NCBI GenBank assembly: GCA_038496445.1
Contig: JALMLS010000204.1
Coordinates: forward strand, 1-64,000
Direction of reading: 5' to 3'
From: Trichosphaerium sp. ATCC 40318
Lineage: Eukaryota > Protista > Tubulinea
Length of the DNA: 64,000 bases
Shown here: piece by piece, positions 11,701 through 18,158 of the stretch
How positions within the stretch are numbered: the stretch's first letter is position 1
How the letters are laid out: the number at the start of each line of letters is the position of its first letter
Made by a program: the position numbers and the translations under genes
Notes under the pieces: generated by a model
Seen by the model: only the letters and a program-made list of their open reading frames with translations
Told to the model about the DNA's origin: nothing
Databases searched by the model: none

Positions 11701-14700
11701 AAAGACTTCATCTGTTTTATAATTGTGGTTATTTCTAGCGTATTTATACTACATATTTCCTGATTGTATATCGTGTTGAAACTAGCTTTAAAGTTAGGAG
11801 GTCTTGAGAGTGTAGGTATTGGACATTTTTTACTTTGGTCTTTGTATGGGTGATCGAAGTTGCTTTCAAATAGTTTAGACCAAAAGCTATAAAACTCATT
11901 GAAGATGGATTCGTCATCGTTCATTATTATTGGAATACCGTCGATTGAGCTTATAACACTTTCTGTGAAAGAGTTAGTTCCTTTTTTGTCGTTGAATTGT
12001 TTTAAATATTTGTATTTCTTGTATACCGTACGGTTCGATAGTTCTGAAAGTTCATCTATTGATCTGTCTACGCAGATTTTCTTCATGTTGTTTGTGAGGG
12101 CTTTGATCCAATGATTTAGTAAATTCGTGTTCTTTTTTAATATGATTTTTTGTACCGAGTTTTTTTCTTCAATTCTTGGGATCCTTAGGAGTTTGTTTTC
12201 TTCAGCTTTGTCCATCCATTTATTTACTTTGTTTATATTTCTATTGATAGGTCTATTAGGTTCCTCATTAGTTATTTGGTTATTGATCTTTCTACACATA
12301 TTTTTTAGGCTTTTTAATCTTTTATGTTCTGAGTGTTCCACGTACGGTTTTCTGTTGTGATTGTTGTTTCTGATTCCTACTTCTCTAGCTGTGTATTTAA
12401 ATAATTCTTTTGTAAAATTCGTTACTGCTCTGTCGACATAAATGTCACTTAGGTACTCGTCTTCTCCTGCATTTTTAATTAAATTCATAGTGTAGTCAGA
12501 GGGAGAGAAGAGAGGGATTTTGAGCTTTAGCTTTGGACTTCTCGTGTTTAGTTTCTTCTTTGTTTTTCTTGTCTTGGGTGTGTTCTTTACTTTGCTACAT
12601 GGGATGAAACGTGTTGTCAATATAATTGGTTTATGATCTGATGCGCACTCGTCTAATATTGTAATTAGTGATGATGTTTTTTTGGGATTTGTGGTTAACG
12701 CGAAGTCGATTCTTTCATGGAGTGTACCTTTACCATATTTCTTTATTTTTGTATTTAGTTTGAAGGTAAGACTCTTAGTACAGTTCTTTAAGTGATCTAT
12801 TGGGTCTGTAAGGCCGTTATGTAACTTAAATGTATTGAGAATGTTTTCGTACTTTGTTTTGATTTCTATGAATTTTTCGTTGAACCAAAATTGTTTATCT
12901 TTGTCGTATTGGGCCATATTCCAGTCCCCTATGAGTATTACGTTATTGATATCCTTATTTTTGTTTGTCATTTTTTTTGTGAACTTACTGATGATTTCGA
13001 GTTGTTCGATTTTGTTGTGGATTTTATAAGCGCATAGATACACATTGTATATTAGCGTTAGTTTGTTGTCTTTGTTTTTGATGGTGATGGCTTGGAAGAA
13101 ATTATTTGGATGACTAATTATTTTTGTAACTTTCATTAGCTCCTTGTGAACGAGGATTGCGAGGCCGCCTTTTGCTCTTGCCGATTTCGTTGTTAGTTTG
13201 TTTTTTAGGTCTATTTTTTCTGCATCAGACCAAGACATGTTATCTATGAGATCAGAGTTAGTCTTCATGTACGTGTTATTTATTTCATTTCTATTTGGGA
13301 CGTTTGCGAAGAATTTGAAGTTTATGAAGTGTTTTTTGAGTACTTTGTTGAAGGCGTCGCTCTTTATTTGTTCCGTGGATCTATGTATTTCTTGAAGGCA
13401 TATGATATCTAGGTTATTATTTTCGATTAGTGCTTTCACATTGCTTGATTTAGTTTCTATCCTACCTTTAATGTTCCATGAGGCAATGTTTATCTTGTTT
13501 TTGTATGATTTCGTAGTTTTTTGTTTGCCTCCTCCTCTTAGACGCCTTATAATTGTTATTTTGTTATTGATAAGCGTACTTACGCGTGACGATGTAGTAA
13601 CGTACTTGAAACAGGAGAGAAAGAAAAAGTCGTCAATCTTGGCATCAGAGTTAGGTTTCATTATGTTATTTAGGAGCGTACTTATCTTTATATCATAGTG
13701 ACATGTGTAGAGGGTGGAAAAGAAGCCGTTGATTTGGATGGTCTTTGGTTTTCTAAATTTGAGGACTTGACAAATATTGTGAACTATACGTGGTATGATT
13801 AATCGATTAATACAAATGTTAGAGGAAAAACCATGTTTATTAGGTATCTTAACATGTACGAAAAGGGGCTTTCGGTTGAACTCTAAAAATAATTTGGGTC
13901 TTAATGCTGTCGTAGCGCGTCGTGCATCGTATCTAGAATCTTTTATCGCCAAAACGAAGAAGTCTTTGTTTCTTGTTAATCTTGAGAGAGAACATTCCTT
14001 TGAACTGTCTTTCAACAGTCTTCTTAGCAGATACACTACCGAAACTGACAATATAATGCGATGTCTTGTTACCTTTTGCTGTGCAATCATAGCAAATACT
14101 GCGGGCGTATACCTAATATCCTTAGAAGCTATGTAAGTTGTTTTTGTTACCTTAATTTCAGCGAGTGCAATTAAAATATCTTTAGGAGTGCCCATCCATG
14201 TCTTACCAAGATACAAGGAGAGATTCTTGTCAAATTTCATTCTACAAGGAATAAAGCGACCGAACCCATTATCTTCTGCTAGAGCAAGGTGATATCCAGC
14301 GTTCTTGAGGACTGTAACTACTGAGCTCTTGTTTTGGTTTGGAGCTAAGATAATATCGGCGATAAATGACGTCCTTGATATTCCGTGGTTCGAATACGTT
14401 TGAGAGTCTACTATTACCGCTGGTTTTGGAGCATTGGGTTTCCATTTGGTCAAGATGTCGTTAACATTGAAGGGCTCGGTGTTACTCCATAGTGGAGCTA
14501 AGATAATATCGGCGATAAATGACGTCCTTGATATTCCGTGGTTCGAATACGTTTGAGAGTCTACTATTACCGCTGGTTTTGGAGCATTGGGTTTCCATTT
14601 GGTCAAGATGTCGTTAACATTGAAGGGCTCGGTGTTACTCCATAGCGTCAGTATACGGCAGTTCATGAAATCTTCCATATAGCGAAGGAAATCAATCAAC

Positions 14701-16703
14701 GTTTTGGTTCTGTCGATATCGAAGAAGGTATGAGCACTGGCAGGAATCAAGTTCTTTCTCAGCGTATCTTTGAAGAATTTGACTTCTTCTAAGTACGCTT
14801 CAGGAACAGTACCAATTTTCAAACCAAAAACGAATGCGCAATGACCATGTGGAAGGGGAACTGATGCGTAACCAACATATCCTATAGCATGATGAGTATT
14901 TGTTAACATTAAATAAAACTGTTTTTTTAGATTTTTTGTATTTTCGTAATTACTGCAATTGTTTACATTGTATTTTACAGTGCGAGAGGTATTGATATTT
15001 TTGAAGGTGTTGAAACGGGCATAGTTTAGTTCGTATTTTTTGAAAACAAGGGAGGATTTAGTTTTTAGTTTAGAGAAAATGTTCGTTTTAGATTTGTTTA
15101 ATACTACATTTTCAGAAAAGGAAAGAGAGTGAAGAGATAATGTCTTCTTTTGTTTAAAAGAGGAGAAAATATAAAAGCGAATCTTAAAAATAGGGTTTAC
15201 GTTACCTTTAGTTAGCCAGTTTCTGAATTTAGTAGGTAACTCTATCATCTTATTAACATCGATATCGGGAGATATTGGACCGCCTGGGTAGAAAACACCG
15301 AAAGCCGCTGAGAAGTGGATGAGCTGTGTCCATTCCACCAAGCGACCATAGCGCGTCGAAAGATCAACCTTATCTGGGTCATGTTGTTCGTTTGCAAAGA
15401 TACCATCCTCGTCCTGAAGAGAGATTAGGATTTTTTGGAGTTTGAGAAAAAGAAAAGAAGGTGATACAATACTTACTTCCTCGTCCTTGTTGGATGCATT
15501 AACAAAAGAGAGGAGAAGGTTTATATTCTCTTGTTCTTCTCTCTTTGTAATGGAATCCAGGACTTGTTTTTCGAGGGTTGCTTTGAAGGGACTATCTTGG
15601 AGTGATCCTAGTCTTACCATAGCTTCTTCACGGGTCATATTGGCGAAACCATTGAGACGATTGTTGTTGTTATTTGCAGACATGTTGTGTATGTGTTGAT
15701 GAGGCGACAAAAAGGATAAGGACTGAAAATAAATTATTTTATTAATTTTATTATATGTCCGTCGGGAGTTTATGGGGGAGTGTGGTTTTCCATCACTTGT
15801 GTTATATTTGTTTCTGTTGTATCTTTTTTTGAGATTTGGCTTTGCCGTAAAATGTTTACTTCTACTTCTTTTATTCTTGATTTCTGAACATTCGTTGGAG
15901 TAATTTGTGTTGTTATTTGGGGTGTTGTTTAGGGACATTATGAGTTCTGGTAAGATTTGAAAAGCTATTATGCGAAAATATAAAGAGACGAGAGGGAGAA
16001 TTTTAAAGTTTACTGTACTTACCTTTTTGTAATGTACGTTGTTACGCGTTTTGCAATTGTGTGGGATTTTTGTATTTTCTGTAAGAAGGAGGAGCAAGAT
16101 AAATGTAATACTTGGTAACGTTACGGTTGCCAGGATTAAAGGTTTGGGTAGATTTGTTTTTATTACGTTTTTTACAACATTTTTTACTAATCTTGAGGGG
16201 AAAGGGGTATATGTGAGGTTGTGGTAACTAAGCGTTTTGTGTTTTGTGTGTTTTCTGTAGATGAATTCCGTGTTTATCTTAATTTGTCTATTCTCTTGAT
16301 GGTAATGAGGTTGATTTATACGTACTGGCACGGTGTCTGTTACTAGTCTTTTGTGGTTTGGGTTGTATCTTTCGAAAGATTTTGTGTTTGGGTTGCATAT
16401 GTCTATCGACGATAGGTACAAACCTAACACTAGAATTCTCATTATGATTATTGATATTTTCTTAAGGTTAATTCTCGATTTTTGGGGAGAAGCTCGAACT
16501 CGCTTCTTCGCTACACCGCGGCACCTTATGGTATAAGCCTTGGCCGGTGTAATTGCACGATATTCCCTCGATTTTTTTTTGTTTTTTGTTTTTTGTTTTT
16601 GTTTACGGGGAACTTGTTCCCCGACCAGCACGTTAGCCGACGGTTGCAAAACTTTTTGGCCATCGACCAACGTACCGGTTCCTTTTGACGTTGTCGATGG
16701 CAT
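8730..16703 (-). CDS. LINE polyprotein: leader + ORF1-like region + ubiquitin-like domain + AP endonuclease + reverse transcriptase + RNase H + C-terminal Zn finger
   Basis: APE motifs IASWNIKG, DIICLQE, YNVY, LIGDWN, RIDF, SDHKPI (about 13490-12620). RT motifs KAPG, YRPICLLN, QFGF, IDFKKAYDSV, GVRQGDVISP, YADD (11012-11001), YKDLG. RNase H motifs ATDGS, AELEAI, SDC, WVPSH, ADKLA. CSIC...HFVLC near the C-terminus. Confidence 0.95.
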   Translation of the reverse strand: MPSTTSKGTGTLVDGQKVLQPSANVLVGEQVPRKQKQKTKNKKKSREYRAITPAKAYTIRCRGVAKKRVRASPQKSRINLKKISIIIMRILVLGLYLSSIDICNPNTKSFERYNPNHKRLVTDTVPVRINQPHYHQENRQIKINTEFIYRKHTKHKTLSYHNLTYTPFPSRLVKNVVKNVIKTNLPKPLILATVTLPSITFILLLLLTENTKIPHNCKTRNNVHYKKVSTVNFKILPLVSLYFRIIAFQILPELIMSLNNTPNNNTNYSNECSEIKNKRSRSKHFTAKPNLKKRYNRNKYNTSDGKPHSPINSRRTYNKINKIIYFQSLSFLSPHQHIHNMSANNNNNRLNGFANMTREEAMVRLGSLQDSPFKATLEKQVLDSITKREEQENINLLLSFVNASNKDEEVSIVSPSFLFLKLQKILISLQDEDGIFANEQHDPDKVDLSTRYGRLVEWTQLIHFSAAFGVFYPGGPISPDIDVNKMIELPTKFRNWLTKGNVNPIFKIRFYIFSSFKQKKTLSLHSLSFSENVVLNKSKTNIFSKLKTKSSLVFKKYELNYARFNTFKNINTSRTVKYNVNNCSNYENTKNLKKQFYLMLTNTHHAIGYVGYASVPLPHGHCAFVFGLKIGTVPEAYLEEVKFFKDTLRKNLIPASAHTFFDIDRTKTLIDFLRYMEDFMNCRILTLWSNTEPFNVNDILTKWKPNAPKPAVIVDSQTYSNHGISRTSFIADIILAPLWSNTEPFNVNDILTKWKPNAPKPAVIVDSQTYSNHGISRTSFIADIILAPNQNKSSVVTVLKNAGYHLALAEDNGFGRFIPCRMKFDKNLSLYLGKTWMGTPKDILIALAEIKVTKTTYIASKDIRYTPAVFAMIAQQKVTRHRIILSVSVVYLLRRLLKDSSKECSLSRLTRNKDFFVLAIKDSRYDARRATTALRPKLFLEFNRKPLFVHVKIPNKHGFSSNICINRLIIPRIVHNICQVLKFRKPKTIQINGFFSTLYTCHYDIKISTLLNNIMKPNSDAKIDDFFFLSCFKYVTTSSRVSTLINNKITIIRRLRGGGKQKTTKSYKNKINIASWNIKGRIETKSSNVKALIENNNLDIICLQEIHRSTEQIKSDAFNKVLKKHFINFKFFANVPNRNEINNTYMKTNSDLIDNMSWSDAEKIDLKNKLTTKSARAKGGLAILVHKELMKVTKIISHPNNFFQAITIKNKDNKLTLIYNVYLCAYKIHNKIEQLEIISKFTKKMTNKNKDINNVILIGDWNMAQYDKDKQFWFNEKFIEIKTKYENILNTFKLHNGLTDPIDHLKNCTKSLTFKLNTKIKKYGKGTLHERIDFALTTNPKKTSSLITILDECASDHKPIILTTRFIPCSKVKNTPKTRKTKKKLNTRSPKLKLKIPLFSPSDYTMNLIKNAGEDEYLSDIYVDRAVTNFTKELFKYTAREVGIRNNNHNRKPYVEHSEHKRLKSLKNMCRKINNQITNEEPNRPINRNINKVNKWMDKAEENKLLRIPRIEEKNSVQKIILKKNTNLLNHWIKALTNNMKKICVDRSIDELSELSNRTVYKKYKYLKQFNDKKGTNSFTESVISSIDGIPIIMNDDESIFNEFYSFWSKLFESNFDHPYKDQSKKCPIPTLSRPPNFKASFNTIYNQEICSINTLEITTIIKQMKSFKAPGTTGLGAEIYKELSYDNIKIIKNLCNICLKTKKIPGQWKESTMILLEKNKQKKDDVSQYRPICLLNSMYKIYSTLITKRLTSILRRNKVISDFQFGFYNNRSIHMAHKMYHQILEDANLKKKPLFILYIDFKKAYDSVQFWALLAALKIQGLSKEWCDIIMSLLKDVSTELNIPVGSKKFPINKGVRQGDVISPILFSLFINVLLKELEQSNLGYMWSDIIIAVLAYADDLKIMAKSKQDMEKMFKILKKWCSFFGMEINCSKSALTYNKYVNLKNIPSLIWKDKIIPVIDEKTNYKDLGILTNANLDFTKQINKTVATHRKRLKTLWSNKLSVHNKVKLINTVINPAVDFVSTSIFLGNEALNEMDNNAIGIIKGSAKLRHNLLNARFLIPLTGANLKSLFVNQTVGYVNNLISKCLNSDNIALRKITERRCFSSPTYCTSCNTNEELDIDINSDSVTIASELLKKTGLRLQHNYELSKIERKMTRRDKTEFNNNALIINEYITIATDGSLSNKGEAGIGIYAPNNINISLPVLFNKTSINAELEAIEVVLKISPLDTKIMIASDCTSAIESIINWNNWPKKKKINKPHYHTINRIHREINKRSEPIRFLWVPSHTLEDKIKANKPNIVKRIKQLESKHGTIITQKLLLMNFKADKLADKERSNNKVIGIPKGLPNWNITFNGSILESGLREHVTNSFTEYFFDKLEENSNKHCRTRKNINFKASVTENKLHIDRTISSWLLKVRSNGLPLNNFMHKKGKHIKFPITQARYMKMYPNPFCSICQSRKKLEKEENFTHFVLCHSTYFFERLQHHANRITQEHLKNNVEDKVSNKKKYNNIVNPKNSFCKCKWFRKEEPSNERLELAIIGKKEINNPKPFKVKWIFTTEEEANDPNLYRGAQGYVTKKFVKELETNFEIEPASATKLANKLNTLYTRLLYEKYRVRCNRTIKIKKHLKQYVSTDYIRWNIRYGNIPITEIFPIDRGK
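13933..15683 (-). CDS. Predicted spliced ORF1 protein (about 441 aa; exons 15683-15477, 15413-15206, 14881-14151, 14112-13933) ending in an RRM-like domain
   Basis: Three GT-AG introns matching host intron style. The last exon is in a different frame from the long ORF and reads VYARSICYDCTAKGNKTSHYIVSFGSVSAKKTVERQFKGMFSLKINKKQRLLRFGDKRF*. The start codon is a best guess. Confidence 0.6.
14340..14645. repeat. Perfect 153-bp tandem duplication (2 copies, 51 aa each) inside the LINE
   Basis: 14340-14492 equals 14493-14645; the protein shows LWSNTEPFNV...FIADIILAP twice. Confidence 0.95.
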
Positions 16704-16723
16704 AGATCTTGTTTTATTTAATT

Positions 16724-16774
16724 AGCGTCGTTGCCCAGGGTGAACTGCGTGGAAGTCGCTGGTGTTGTCACCCC
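16724..16774 (-). ncRNA. Minimal HDV-like self-cleaving ribozyme at the LINE 5' end
   Basis: GGGGUGA-CAACACC-AGCG-ACU-UCCACGC-AGU-UCACCCU-GG-GCAA-CGA-CGCU: 7-bp P1 with G1-U wobble, P2 AGCG/CGCU, P3 ACU/AGU, L3 UCCACGC, P1.1 CC/GG. G1 abuts the TSD. Confidence 0.8.
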
Positions 16775-16790
16775 AAGAATAAGAGAATTA
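16775..16790. repeat. Right target-site duplication of the LINE
   Basis: AAGAATAAGAGAATTA, identical to 8608-8623. Confidence 0.95.
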
Positions 16791-16833
16791 TAACAAAACT
16801 CGCTTATCACCCACAACACTTAAAGTAGCAATT

Positions 16834-17984
16834 ATGTTGCGCTTCACTAGGCCGCTCTATCAAAGTCTCAGCTTAGAGAGTGCATTAAGGAGGAGCAGAA
16901 GAAGACGCAAACCCACTAAGAAGGTCGAAGTTGATACAAAAGAACACATTGATTTAACAAGAGGTTTATACATTCGCATAAAATAGCGCTTTTATAACGT
17001 ATTTAGGTCCTCCGCAGCATTTTGCAGTTGTGAAGTCACCAAAAGAGTGGAAACAAGGTCTAACGCATAAACAATTCCACGTTACAAGAGAACACGGTAC
17101 TGAGCGTGCTTTTCATAACGAATATCACGATGAGAAGGCTAGCGTACGTAAAAGTCACTTCAAACGCGTAATAGACGTATTGTAGTACCCTTCGGACAAA
17201 AATACATCCGTAATAAATGTTTGTAGGGTATTTACTACTCAAGATGTGGTGGACAGCCTCTATTCAGTTCTGATCACAAATATGACAGTGGGACAGTGCG
17301 TACCTTTGACATTTTAATCAAACAACTAAACTCTACACAACAGGGATGGCCATCATTTTGGCGTCCTATAAAAGAAGAAGCTGTTTATTACAAGACAGAT
17401 AGTTCTTTTGGTTTTTCAAGGACAGAGGTAATGGATTTTTTTTTATAAATATTTGACAGATGACTTTCTTCTTCTAATACTCCGTTCAGGTACTTTGCTA
17501 TAAATCAGGCGCTCACTTAGGTTTGTGAAACACCCCTTTTACTATTTTAGTTAATGATGTTTCAGGACACGTGTTCTCAGATGGTCCAAAACCGACGGAA
17601 CTTCGGTATGCAAAAATTAGGGTTTCTTGGTGTTTTTCTGATTGTTGTACTGTCTAGTTATTGCATGAACTCTGCTTCTCTTGATTTCAAAGAGGGGATA
17701 TCTTCGCTTACGCCACCAGTTGAAGAAAAAGCGGATATAGAAAACGAAGAAGAAGACGGTATGGATGAAGCAGAACAAGAAGAAACCGACGATACAGAAT
17801 TTAACGAAGAAAGTGTTGAATCAACGGATACACCAGTTACAAACCAGACTGAGGATACACCACAACAGACTATAGATCCCAAAGATTCACCTTCAGATGC
17901 GGGTGTTGAACCAGAGATTGCACAAGGCACGTGTACTGGTACTAGAGGAGAGTACTAATAGTTTTGTTTATAGACAAAAAGTAA
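16834..17984 (+). CDS. msrB: Peptide methionine sulfoxide reductase B with N-terminal targeting-like leader and acidic C-terminal tail
   Basis: Spliced motifs [54 protein letters not shown]. Confidence 0.92.
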
Positions 17985-18158
17985 AATAAAAATACAGCTT
18001 GAGTGGGTCACAAATTATGTACCTTCAAATTTTACATATGACCTAAACCGTGCGGCTGTATTTAGAATGTAAAATAAAGGCGATACTTTTCTTTTGGGTA
18101 ATACAAATTAACAAGTTTTTTATTGTTTTTTGAAATCCATAGATATCGTATCTTGGTT

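Larger units (their letters stand above)
8624..16774 (-). mobile_element. Full-length non-LTR retrotransposon (APE-RT-RNase H LINE) with 5' HDV-like ribozyme and (CTAA)n 3' tail
   Basis: Perfect 16-bp TSDs, a short tandem tail (TTAGTTAGTTAG on + strand at 8621-8632), one intact 2657-aa ORF, and strand-biased composition unlike the host genes. Confidence 0.96.

Noticed and set aside
8806-16725. Many plus-strand ORFs antisense to the LINE
   Set aside because: They are F/L/I/S-rich shadows of the A-rich sense codons, with no motifs.
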